From NCBI GenBank assembly GCA_963929435.1, contig CAWVIV010000020.1, positions 4,226-68,225 of the forward strand: 64,000 nucleotides of DNA, read 5' to 3'. The stretch comes from an uncultured Bacilli bacterium. GTDB lineage: Bacteria > Bacillota_I > Bacilli_A > RF39 > UBA660. Position numbers and translations under genes: made by a program. A model generated the notes under the pieces. That model made no database searches, was not told the origin of the DNA, and saw nothing but the letters and a program-made list of their open reading frames with translations. The stretch's first letter is position 1. The number at the start of each line of letters is the position of its first letter. Shown here piece by piece: positions 17,612 through 26,405 of this stretch.

Positions 17612-18898
17612 ATGGAAAAGAAAGAAACTAAAAAAGAAACAAATAAGAAAAATTATCATAATATTGAAATAAAAGTTGAAGGAAAAGAGTGGACTGATGC
17701 TGTTGATAAGGCTTTTAAAGATAAAGTTAAAAAAGTTGAAGTAGACGGTTTTAGAAAAGGCAAATGTCCTAAAAATATCTATGATAAGAAATTTGGACAA
17801 GATTATTTACTAGATGCAGCAGACTTAGTGATTCAAGATGCTTATACTAAAGCTTTAAAAGATAATGATTTAGTACCAGTAGTACAACCTGAACCTAACT
17901 TAAAGAGTTTAGATGAAAATAGTGTTACATTTACATTTAAAATTATTACTAAACCAGAAGTTAAGATTAAAAAATATAGAGATTTAGGAGTTAAACCTAA
18001 TGAAGTTAAAGTAACTAAAGAGGAAATCGATCATGAAATTGAACATTTACTTGAGAGATATGAAGAATTAGTTAATAAAGATGAAAATGGTAAAGTTGAA
18101 AACGGTGATGTTGCAGTTATTGACTTTGAAGGATTTAAAGATGGAGAGCCTTTTGAAGGTGGTAAAGGAGAAAACTATTCTCTAGAAATAGGAAGTGGTA
18201 CTTTTATTCCTGGTTTTGAAGAACAATTAATTGGTATGAAGTCAGGTGATGAGAAAGATATTAAAGTAACATTCCCTGATGATTATATGGAAGAGTCTCT
18301 AAAGGGACAAGAAGTTACATTTAAAGTAAAAGTACATGAAATTAAAACTAAAGAAAAAAGAGAATTAGATGAAGACTTCTTCTTTGACCTAGGTATTGAA
18401 GGTGTTAATGATGAGATGAGTCTTAGAAAAGAAGTAGAAGCTAATATAAAAGCTAATAAAGATATGGAAGAAGAAAATAAATATATCGATAAACTACTTG
18501 AAGAAGTATCTAAGAATGTAGAAGTTGATATTCCTGAAGAAATGGTTAATGAAGAAGTAGATAGATTACTTAGAAGAACAGAACAACAAATGGCTATGCA
18601 AGGAATTAGTTTAGATTTATATTATCAAGTTACTAAATCTACTGAAAAAGATTTAAGAGATCAACTTGAAAAAGAAGCTTATCAAAACGTATTATATCGT
18701 TTAATGCTTGAAGAGATTATGAATATGGAGCATATTGAAGTAAGTGAAGATGAAGCTATGGAAGAAGCTAAACGTCTTGCTGAACGTTATAATATGGAAC
18801 TAGATGACTTCTTAAATCAATTTGGTGGTATTGAAATGGTACAATATGACCAAGAAATGAGAAAAACTATTGAATTATTAAAAGAATTAAATAAATAG
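17612..18898 (+). CDS. tig: Trigger factor (ribosome-associated PPIase chaperone)
   Basis: N-terminal ribosome-binding motif GFRKGKCP, central FKBP domain (VIDFEGF.DGEPFEGG...FIPGFEEQLIGMK), C-terminal helical arm. GGAGG lies 8 nt upstream of ATG 17612. Confidence 0.9.
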   Translation: MEKKETKKETNKKNYHNIEIKVEGKEWTDAVDKAFKDKVKKVEVDGFRKGKCPKNIYDKKFGQDYLLDAADLVIQDAYTKALKDNDLVPVVQPEPNLKSLDENSVTFTFKIITKPEVKIKKYRDLGVKPNEVKVTKEEIDHEIEHLLERYEELVNKDENGKVENGDVAVIDFEGFKDGEPFEGGKGENYSLEIGSGTFIPGFEEQLIGMKSGDEKDIKVTFPDDYMEESLKGQEVTFKVKVHEIKTKEKRELDEDFFFDLGIEGVNDEMSLRKEVEANIKANKDMEEENKYIDKLLEEVSKNVEVDIPEEMVNEEVDRLLRRTEQQMAMQGISLDLYYQVTKSTEKDLRDQLEKEAYQNVLYRLMLEEIMNMEHIEVSEDEAMEEAKRLAERYNMELDDFLNQFGGIEMVQYDQEMRKTIELLKELNK

Positions 18899-18954
18899 TT
18901 GATACTTTTTAAAATATTTGGTAAAATTACTAAAGAAAAAAGGAGGGATAACTT

Positions 18955-19122
18955 ATGGCAAAAAAGCTTGGACATAGACAAAAGAAGACTTTTGTATGCT
19001 CAGTTTGCGGTAATGAGAATTATAGAGAAGAGAAAAATGTAAATAATACTCCAGGAAGAATGGAGATTAGTAAATATTGTAAATTCTGTGGTAAACACAC
19101 AACTCATAAAGAGAAGAAATAA
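18955..19122 (+). CDS. rpmG: 50S ribosomal protein L33 (zinc-ribbon type)
   Basis: Not in the ORF track (55 aa). MAKKLGHRQKKTFVCSVCGNENYREEKNVNNTPGRMEISKYCKFCGKHTTHKEKK matches the L33 pattern C..C..NY...KN......L.L.K.C..C.KHT.H.E.K. AGGAGGG lies upstream. A hairpin ATAACAGTCAT/ATGACTGTTAT at 19127-19151 follows. Confidence 0.85.
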   Translation: MAKKLGHRQKKTFVCSVCGNENYREEKNVNNTPGRMEISKYCKFCGKHTTHKEKK

Positions 19123-19175
19123 TAATATAACAGTCATTTAATGACTGTTATATATTATAGAAAGGAGTAAGTAGA

Positions 19176-19733
19176 ATGGTTAATTCAAATGATTTTAAAC
19201 CAGGTATGACTATTCAATTTGAAGGCGGTATCTATACTATAATTGAAAGTCAACATGTTAAACCAGGTAAAGGTGCAGCGATAGTTAAAGCTAAGATGAA
19301 AAATTTAAGAACAGGTTCTATTGTAGAGAAAACATTTAATGCAGGTGTTAAAGTAGAAACAGCACATATCTCTAAGAAAACTATGCAATTCTTATATAGT
19401 ATGGGAGATACTTATTATTTCATGAGTATGACTGACTATGAACAAATAGAACTTGATAAGAGTGTTATAGGGGAAGATGCTAAATACTTAAAAGAAAACT
19501 TAGAAGTTGAAATTACTTTCTTTGAAGGTGAGATGTTAGGATTATCATTACCTGATAAAGTAGTTATGAAAGTAGTTAAGACAGAAGATGCCGTTAAAGG
19601 AAATACTTCAAGCGGTGCAATGAAAAATGCCGAACTTGAGACAGGTATGACTATTCAAGTACCATTATTTATTAAGCAAGATGAAGATATCTTAGTTAGT
19701 ACTAAGGATGGTAAATATGTATCTCGTGCATAA
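19176..19733 (+). CDS. efp: Elongation factor P
   Basis: 185 aa. NDFKPGMTI..EG.IY.IIE.QHVKPGKGAA.V..KMKNL.TG is the EF-P signature, including the conserved KPGKG loop. Confidence 0.95.
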   Translation: MVNSNDFKPGMTIQFEGGIYTIIESQHVKPGKGAAIVKAKMKNLRTGSIVEKTFNAGVKVETAHISKKTMQFLYSMGDTYYFMSMTDYEQIELDKSVIGEDAKYLKENLEVEITFFEGEMLGLSLPDKVVMKVVKTEDAVKGNTSSGAMKNAELETGMTIQVPLFIKQDEDILVSTKDGKYVSRA

Positions 19734-19746
19734 TTTTAATAATTAA

Positions 19747-19780
19747 AATTGGTCTTAAATATTAGGATCAATTTTTATTT
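19747..19780 (+). terminator. Terminator after efp
   Basis: AATTGGTC (19747-19754) pairs with GATCAATT (19766-19773, one G-U), followed by TTTTATTTTT. Confidence 0.55.
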
Positions 19781-19882
19781 TTCTATATTAGAGTTAACTA
19801 CTATAAAAATAAACACTTTACTTCCATATTTATTCATGGTAATATTAAGTTAACAAAGATAAAGAAAGGAAGTAATGAATAT

Positions 19883-19996
19883 ATGACTAATTCAATTTAT
19901 CAGGGTAAAATAAATCGTCAATTCTGGGGTAAAATAATTCGTCATTTTTCTAAAATCTCAGGTTTACAATGTGTTACCTGGGGGGGGGGCGTTTAG
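19883..19996 (+). CDS. Possible 37-aa peptide ORF containing a G10 tract
   Basis: GGAAG-type RBS upstream. MTNSIYQGKINRQFWGKIIRHFSKISGLQCVTWGGGV contains an imperfect 24-bp tandem duplication (QGKINRQF / WGKIIRHF). The G10 run lies 7 codons before the stop. Coding status is uncertain. Confidence 0.3.
   Translation: MTNSIYQGKINRQFWGKIIRHFSKISGLQCVTWGGGV
19980..19989. repeat. G10 homopolymer tract
   Basis: Ten consecutive G in about 30% GC DNA. This is the only long G/C run seen in the window. Confidence 0.95.
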
Positions 19997-20048
19997 ACTA
20001 CCACAATGGTAGTTTAAGTAACTTAGTTACTTTCTTTCATAGTGTAAA

Positions 20049-20082
20049 AAGAATAGAGTAGAGGAATATTCTATTCTTTTTA
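20049..20082 (+). terminator. Terminator after the small ORF / before the surface-protein genes
   Basis: AAGAATAG (20049-20056) pairs with CTATTCTT (20071-20078), followed by TTT. Confidence 0.55.
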
Positions 20083-20181
20083 TAATGTTATAATAATTGA
20101 TATTTAGGATTTTATGTGTTAGTATTTAATTATAGTATAAAGAGTAGATAATAAGGGCAATATATGGAAAGGTGGAGAAAA

Positions 20182-21774
20182 ATGAAAAAGAAAATAATAA
20201 TATCATTGACTTTAGTAATAGTAATATTAACTACAGTATTTAGTGTATTTACAGATAATAAAAGTATTGTAAGTTATAAGCCTTATAAAGATGGTAATAA
20301 TAGTAGTCAGATGTTAAGAAAGATACTAGCAGATAATACTTTACAACAAGAAAAAGAGAATATGTTTAATTATGCTAGTAATGGAAGTTATATTGCATCA
20401 TTCACTGAAGAGGGATCCAAATATGGAAGTGAACCTAGTCAAATAACAAATGGGTTATTCAGTATGGAAGATGAAGATGGGACTAGTTATTATTTTAGAG
20501 GAAATGTAGATAATAATAATGTACAGTTTGGAGAATATGATAGTGATTATTATGTATATAGCTATAGCGGTATGTATTTCCAAAGTTTAGAAGCTTGCCA
20601 AGAATATAATTCAAGTTGTAGTGAGGCTAACAAAGTAAAACTTGCAAATGCTGGAGATAAAATGTACTGGAAGATAATAAGAGTAAATGGAGATGGAAGT
20701 TTAAGATTAATTTATAACGGAACAAGTATTGCTCATAATTATAGTGATTTAGATAATTCTTCTTTAGTAGGATATGTCCCATATAATTTAGAGTCTAATG
20801 ATCCAAAATATACAGGTTATACCTATGATAATGGAAAAGATTCCTTTGTAAAGAAAGAAGTAGATACATGGTATGAGAATGCACTAGGGAGTACTGTATA
20901 TGACAGTAAAGTAGTTGGAGGAAGATTTTGTAGTGATAGTAGTGGATATAAGAAAGATACAGAATATGGCTTTCCTGATTCTGGTATTGATGTTTTTTCG
21001 AGTCTTGATAGATTAGGACAAAGTCTTATTAATGATGCAAAATCTAATGCACCGGCATTAAAATGTCCAAGTACAACTGAGAGTTATGGAGGAAGTTATA
21101 GACTTAAAGCAGGGTTGATTACGGCGGATGAGATGGTTCTAGCAGGAGAAGCACTGATAGTAACAGGTAATAGTTACTTAGGAGGATTTCAAACGACAAG
21201 GTCGACGTCGACATATATTGAGCCTAACTTTTGGACAATGACTCCAACGGCATATTTGAAAATAAGCGGTTATGCTTCAACTATTCGATATAATATACTT
21301 GTTTGGACTTACAATATGTTTCTTATTTATAATGATGTATTAGATTCTCTTGGAGTAAGACCAGTAATTAATTTAGATAAAAACACAGTAATAAAGGGTA
21401 CTGGAACAGAAGATGATCCATATGTAGTAACAGAACCTACAAAATATGAAGGCGTAATAACAACAGAAGAAGGAAGTAGTAGTAATACAGAAAATGCTTT
21501 TGATAATGTAACAATACCAAATGATGTAACATGGACAAGCCAAGATGATTCTATAGCAAGAATAGAGAATGGTAAGATATTAGGATTAAAAGAAGGAACT
21601 ACAACAATAACAGGAGTAAGTAGTGATGGATTAACTACATATGAGATAAAAGTAACAGTAATAAAGAATCCTATTACTATGAGTAGTATCTATATAGTTA
21701 TAGGAATGTTATTAATATTAATACTTGGAACAACTATAGTTTTATATTATAAGAAGAAATTTAGAGATTTATAA
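20182..21774 (+). CDS. Membrane-anchored surface protein, paralog 1 (shared extracellular module plus Big_2-like Ig domain plus C-terminal TM)
   Basis: GGTGGAG RBS upstream of ATG 20182. N-terminal TM helix, shared module NMFNYASNG..YYFRGN.DNNNVQFGEY..MYWKI.RVNGDGSLRLIYNG..GVRPVINL, Big_2-like WTSQDDSIARIENGKILGLKEGTTTITGVS, and a C-terminal TM plus basic tail. Confidence 0.7.
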   Translation: MKKKIIISLTLVIVILTTVFSVFTDNKSIVSYKPYKDGNNSSQMLRKILADNTLQQEKENMFNYASNGSYIASFTEEGSKYGSEPSQITNGLFSMEDEDGTSYYFRGNVDNNNVQFGEYDSDYYVYSYSGMYFQSLEACQEYNSSCSEANKVKLANAGDKMYWKIIRVNGDGSLRLIYNGTSIAHNYSDLDNSSLVGYVPYNLESNDPKYTGYTYDNGKDSFVKKEVDTWYENALGSTVYDSKVVGGRFCSDSSGYKKDTEYGFPDSGIDVFSSLDRLGQSLINDAKSNAPALKCPSTTESYGGSYRLKAGLITADEMVLAGEALIVTGNSYLGGFQTTRSTSTYIEPNFWTMTPTAYLKISGYASTIRYNILVWTYNMFLIYNDVLDSLGVRPVINLDKNTVIKGTGTEDDPYVVTEPTKYEGVITTEEGSSSNTENAFDNVTIPNDVTWTSQDDSIARIENGKILGLKEGTTTITGVSSDGLTTYEIKVTVIKNPITMSSIYIVIGMLLILILGTTIVLYYKKKFRDL

Positions 21775-21786
21775 GAGGTGTAGAAA

Positions 21787-23469
21787 ATGAAAAAACGTGA
21801 AAACATAGTAATAATAGTAGTGTTAATAGTAATGGTAATTGCAATAGTAGGAGTAAGTTATGCAGCCTTTAACTATAGTAGAATAGGTAGTATAAATAGT
21901 ATAACAACAGGAGCGATAACCATGACTTATGAAGAGACAAGTAATACTATAAGTTTAAATGGAGCCTTACCAACAACAGATAAAACAGGAATGGTGAGAT
22001 TAAATCCAGGAGAATATTTCGATTTTAGTATAAGTAGTAAAATAACAGGAGATGTAAATATAAACTATGAGATAAGTGCTAAAGATATAACAGATAGTGG
22101 AGCGAAAAAGATAGATGGAAAGTATATTAAGTTATATTTAACAAAGTTAAATGGAGATAATGAAGAAGGTTTAATGACACCAGAGACATATAATGAAGAG
22201 CCAACTGCTAATGATTATACAGGAAGGCCAGAAGGAGAGATGAGTTTATATACAAGTAGTATGAACTCTAGCGAAAGTAATAACTATAGACTTAGAATGT
22301 ATGTTGATGAAAGTTATAATCCACAAGGTGATGGAGGAGGATTAGTCTTTACAGTTCAAATAAATGTCTATGGAAAAGCAGGAGATAAATATGTACCTCT
22401 AACTACACAGAAGATACTAGAAGATAATGAGTTACAAGAAGAAAAAGAGAATATGTTTAATTATGCTAGTAATGGGAATTATATAGGTTCAAATTGGGAA
22501 GAACAGAATAACCCAGAATATATAACAAATGGACTATATTCTAGTGAAGATGAAGATGGTGTTAGTTACTATTTTAGAGGAAACATAGATAATAATAATG
22601 TTCAATTTGGTGAATATGCAAGTGATTATTATGTGTATGAAGATAATTATCTTGATTTTTAAACATTAGAGAGTTGTCAAGAATACAATTCAAAATACAA
22701 TTCAAGTTGTAGTGAAAGTAATAGAGTAAAGCTTGCAAGTGCAGGAGATAAGATGTACTGGAAGATAGTAAGAGTAAATGGAGATGGAAGTTTAAGACTA
22801 ATTTATAATGGAACAAGTGCAAATCCAGATAATAGTGATTTAGCTCATTCATATGCAGTAGGACAAACACCATATAATTTAGAGTATAATGATCCTAAAT
22901 ATACAGGATATACATATGATAATGGAACGGATTCTTTTATAAAGAAAGAAGTAGATACATGGTATAGTAATGCCTTAGGAAGTAGTAGTTATGATAGTAA
23001 AGTAAGTAGTGGAAGATTCTGTAGTGATAGTAGTGGTTATAGAGAAGAAACAATGATGGGAGGAAGTGTATTTGCAAGTTATGATAGGTTAGGCCAAAGT
23101 ATGACAAACTATGCTAAATCTAATAGTCCATCCTTAAAGTGTCCTAGTACAAGTGAAAGTTATGGAGGAAGTTATAGATTAAAAGCCGGACTAATAACGG
23201 CAGATGAATTAGTTTTAGGAGGAGAAAATCCTGGAGTAACAACAGATAGTTATTTAAATCCTGGGGATTCTGAAATGGATTATTGGAGTATGACGCCGTC
23301 CGGTTTCCGTTATGGTCATGCTTATGTATGGTATAAGCTTGGATTTCTGACTGACAACAATGTGTATGGCTACCGCGCCGTCCGTCCAGTTATCAATGTG
23401 ACCACTGACAACGGGTTTACGTCTGGAGATGGAACTGCTGAAAATCCTTACGTAATACACGCTGATTAA
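21787..23469 (+). pseudogene. Surface protein paralog 2, interrupted by an in-frame TAA (22660-22662)
   Basis: Track ORFs 21787-22662 and 22753-23469 are in the same frame. TAA aligns with a CAA (Gln) of paralog 1 (YFQSLEACQEYNS vs DF*TLESCQEYNS). The N-terminus IVGVSYAAFNYS resembles a SipW/TasA-class signal. The shared module is about 75% identical to paralog 1. Confidence 0.7.
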
Positions 23470-23498
23470 TATTATTGATAATAAAAAAGTGTTGAAAT

Positions 23499-24122
23499 TT
23501 ATTCATCACTTTTATTTTCTTCTGTAATTCTACCAATTCTAAAACTATACTTATAATCATTATCATTATATTCTTTTAAACTAAATTCTAGTCCTTGATA
23601 TTGAAAGAATTCTGAAGTTTTACTATCATCGTTAGTTGTGTTACCAAGTGTTTCAAATACTTTGTTATATATTAAATCTATAGTATCATTATCAATATCA
23701 TCATTATTTGCTATTATCATATTACTTATTAATTCTTTTACTTTATTATTTTTATTATTGAAATTAATACTTACTATATTAATATTATTATCATCTTTTA
23801 AATTAAATATCAGCTCTATGTTATCGATTGTAATTTTGTTATTATTTATATCTTCTATATTAATATCTTCATCAGTAATTTCATTAAAGTTATTAATTAA
23901 ATCTTGTAATGAAATGTTATCAATTGTATCTACTTCAATTAAATCTGAATAAGAATCTTCTTTTTTCCATTTTGCAACTGTTTTATGATCTATAATAGAT
24001 TTAGTAATTTCTATAGTAATAAAATAGCATAGAATGCTTAAAATTATTGTAGCTATTATAAAAATAATTATTTGTTTTTTTGTTAATTTCTTTTTTTCTT
24101 TTTTTTTCAATTTAATCACCAC
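23499..24122 (-). CDS. Hypothetical membrane-anchored N/D/I-rich protein
   Basis: Basic N-terminus, one TM helix (IIIFIIATIILSILCYFITI), then a low-complexity extracellular part. Confidence 0.55.
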   Translation of the reverse strand: MVIKLKKKEKKKLTKKQIIIFIIATIILSILCYFITIEITKSIIDHKTVAKWKKEDSYSDLIEVDTIDNISLQDLINNFNEITDEDINIEDINNNKITIDNIELIFNLKDDNNINIVSINFNNKNNKVKELISNMIIANNDDIDNDTIDLIYNKVFETLGNTTNDDSKTSEFFQYQGLEFSLKEYNDNDYKYSFRIGRITEENKSDE

Positions 24123-24214
24123 TTTATTAATTATAACAAATATTTACACTATAGTCTTTTCTTTTTATATATTTTTTTAAAAAAAGTTGTTATACTAATA
24201 GTGGTGATAAAAAG

Positions 24215-25117
24215 ATGAAATATTTAGCGATAGGACATGCATCCTATGATATAACATTTAGATTAGATGGTTACCCAGTTGAAAATACTAAACAAAGAGT
24301 AGGTAAACATATTGATTGTGGGGGTGGCCCTGCTAGTAATGCAGGTTATTTACTAGCACTTTGGGGAGAAAATGTTTCTTTTCAGGGAGTTGTAGGTAAT
24401 GATTATTATGGTAATATGATAAAAGCTGAATTCAAAAGTGTTGGTGTTGACACTACTTATTTAGAACTTATAGATAAATACGACACAGATCTTAGTATTG
24501 TTTTAGCAAATGCAACTAATGCTAGTAGAACAATATTAACTAGTAAAGATACCACTTCTTTTAAGTGTAGTATGTCTAATGAGAATAAGTATGATGTAAT
24601 ATTAGTTGATGGCGAAGAAGAAGAGATGAGTAAAAAAATAATTCAAAATAATAAAGATGCTATTAAAATAATAGATGCTGGTAGTTATAGACCATCTACA
24701 GTTGCTTTATGTCCTTTAGTAGATTATTTAGTTTGTTCTAAAAACTTTGCTCTTGATTATACCAAAATGAATTATGATGGTAGTATAGAAAACTTAATAG
24801 AAATTCACAAAAAATTAACTGATGATTTTAATAATACAGTTGTTATTACTTTAGAAAGTAAAGGGTGTTTTACTAAGATAGGTGATGAATATAAATTAAT
24901 ACCTAGTATTAAAGTTGATTCAGTTGATACTACAGGTGCTGGTGATATCTTTCATGGTGCATTTACTTACTTTATTAGTCATAACTATTCTCTTGAAAAT
25001 ACATGTCGTCTTGCCAATTTAACAGGAGCTTTATCTACATTAAAGGTAGGGGGGAGATATTCTATGCCAAAGCTTTCTGCTATTTTAGAAAGAAAGAATT
25101 TAGTTGATATTATCTAG
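24215..25117 (+). CDS. PfkB-family carbohydrate kinase (ribokinase-like)
   Basis: GGGPASNAGY N-terminal motif and DTTGAGDIFHGAF C-terminal PfkB signature. Confidence 0.85.
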   Translation: MKYLAIGHASYDITFRLDGYPVENTKQRVGKHIDCGGGPASNAGYLLALWGENVSFQGVVGNDYYGNMIKAEFKSVGVDTTYLELIDKYDTDLSIVLANATNASRTILTSKDTTSFKCSMSNENKYDVILVDGEEEEMSKKIIQNNKDAIKIIDAGSYRPSTVALCPLVDYLVCSKNFALDYTKMNYDGSIENLIEIHKKLTDDFNNTVVITLESKGCFTKIGDEYKLIPSIKVDSVDTTGAGDIFHGAFTYFISHNYSLENTCRLANLTGALSTLKVGGRYSMPKLSAILERKNLVDII

Positions 25118-25358
25118 TTATCCTAAAATAGACTTGCATGGTATGGATAGAGAATATGCTATTTTTAAAGTAAGAGAGTTTATAGATGATTGTTACAAAT
25201 TAAAATATGAATATGCTGTAATTATTCATGGTATAGGTAGTGGGGTTTTAAGAGATGCTGTAAAAAAACATTTACAAAAAGATACAAGAGTATTAGAATA
25301 TAAATTGGATTTTATGAATCCCGGTTGCACAATAATTCGTTTAAAATTTGACAAATAG
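25104..25358 (+). CDS. Smr-domain protein
   Basis: IDLHGM..EYAI..V..FI...........IIHGIGSGVLRDAVKKHL is the Smr (MutS2 C-terminal-like) signature. TTG start as in the ORF track. Confidence 0.75.
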   Translation: MILSSYPKIDLHGMDREYAIFKVREFIDDCYKLKYEYAVIIHGIGSGVLRDAVKKHLQKDTRVLEYKLDFMNPGCTIIRLKFDK

Positions 25359-25408
25359 CAATAATTGTGTTATAATATGGCCAACTTATAGGAAAAGGGG
25401 GGACTTAT

Positions 25409-26392
25409 ATGTACACAGAGGAAAATGCAAGAGGACGTTTTCCACTTCGTGATATTTTACTGAAAGCAATTGTAGTTATTATTTTCTTGATTTTGATTAT
25501 CTTTATAATAACTAAAATAACTACACCTAATAGTAATGTAAATAAAACAGATTCTAATTATGATAAAGTATTTAGTAAAAACTTAGAAACGATGGAAAAT
25601 GTTGCTTATGAGTACTATACGGCTGATAGATTGCCAAAAGAAATAGGCGATGTTAATGAATTAACTTTAAGAGAGATGATTAATACTAATCTCTTAGAAG
25701 CATTCACTGATGCCAATGGTAAGGCTTGCGATGTTAATAAGAGTTATATTAGATTAACTAAAAATGATGATGATTATACATTGAGAGTAAGTTTGAAATG
25801 TGATGAGAAAGAAGATTATACTCTTACTAAAGTAGGAGAATATGATTATTGTGAACATGATATTTGTAAAAAAGATACTACAAAAGAAACAGAAGAAGAG
25901 ACATCTAAAGAGGCTAGTGATGAAGTGAAAATTACTGAGCCTACTAATGATACTAGTGGTAATATTAGTAATAATACATCTGGTAGTAATAGCAATACAA
26001 ATACTAATAATAATGGTAATACAAATAATCAAGGTTCACAGTCTGAGATAGTTCAAACGACACCTAAGGTCATGTATGAATATAGAAAGGTTAATAATCC
26101 AGTTTTATCAGGCTGGAGTTCATGGAGTAGTTGGAATTATAATAATGATAGATATAGTGCTATAAAATGTAGTGATACTGATGTAAATTGTTTAAGAGAA
26201 GTTCAGTTATATTCAAGAAGAGAAAAAGTAGGTACAGATGATACTGGTAAAGCAGTTTATGCAACAGTAAACTATTATAGTTATAGAACACGAACTTTAA
26301 TAAGTAGTGGTTCTATAGATGTAAAATGGAGTTATTATAATGATACTAATCTATTAAATGAAGGGTATACCTATACAGGTAATACCAAATAA
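25409..26392 (+). CDS. Hypothetical single-pass membrane protein
   Basis: N-terminal TM (AIVVIIFLILIIFIITKI), N/T/S-rich linker, W-rich C-terminal region. No known motif recognised. Confidence 0.55.
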   Translation: MYTEENARGRFPLRDILLKAIVVIIFLILIIFIITKITTPNSNVNKTDSNYDKVFSKNLETMENVAYEYYTADRLPKEIGDVNELTLREMINTNLLEAFTDANGKACDVNKSYIRLTKNDDDYTLRVSLKCDEKEDYTLTKVGEYDYCEHDICKKDTTKETEEETSKEASDEVKITEPTNDTSGNISNNTSGSNSNTNTNNNGNTNNQGSQSEIVQTTPKVMYEYRKVNNPVLSGWSSWSSWNYNNDRYSAIKCSDTDVNCLREVQLYSRREKVGTDDTGKAVYATVNYYSYRTRTLISSGSIDVKWSYYNDTNLLNEGYTYTGNTK

Positions 26393-26405
26393 GGGAGGAT
26401 TAAAT

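Noticed and set aside
17576-17800. Minus-strand ORF over the tig start.
   Set aside because: It is antisense to trigger factor and has no RBS.
21201-21212. 12-bp palindrome GTCGACGTCGAC inside paralog 1.
   Set aside because: It lies in frame within coding sequence (..TTRSTSTY..), it is a single occurrence, and no partner site exists. It is noted only as part of a small GC-rich patch.
22660-22662. TAA read as a sense codon (alternative genetic code) in paralog 2.
   Set aside because: TAA, TAG and TGA all terminate well-conserved genes in this window at the expected positions (for example lon, efp, frr, pheT), so the standard bacterial code applies.
22574-22873. Minus-strand ORF across the TAA site of paralog 2.
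   Set aside because: It is antisense to sequence that is clearly homologous to paralog 1 coding sequence.
23254-23460. Minus-strand ORF in the GC-rich tail of paralog 2.
   Set aside because: The plus-strand frame is homologous to paralog 1 (..VRPVIN..). The antisense frame is open only because the higher GC content reduces stop codons.
23638-23952. Plus-strand ORF antisense to gene 23499-24122.
   Set aside because: It is a low-complexity antisense reading with no RBS.
25754-26032. Minus-strand ORF within gene 25409-26392.
   Set aside because: It is the antisense reading of an N/T/S-rich repeat region.
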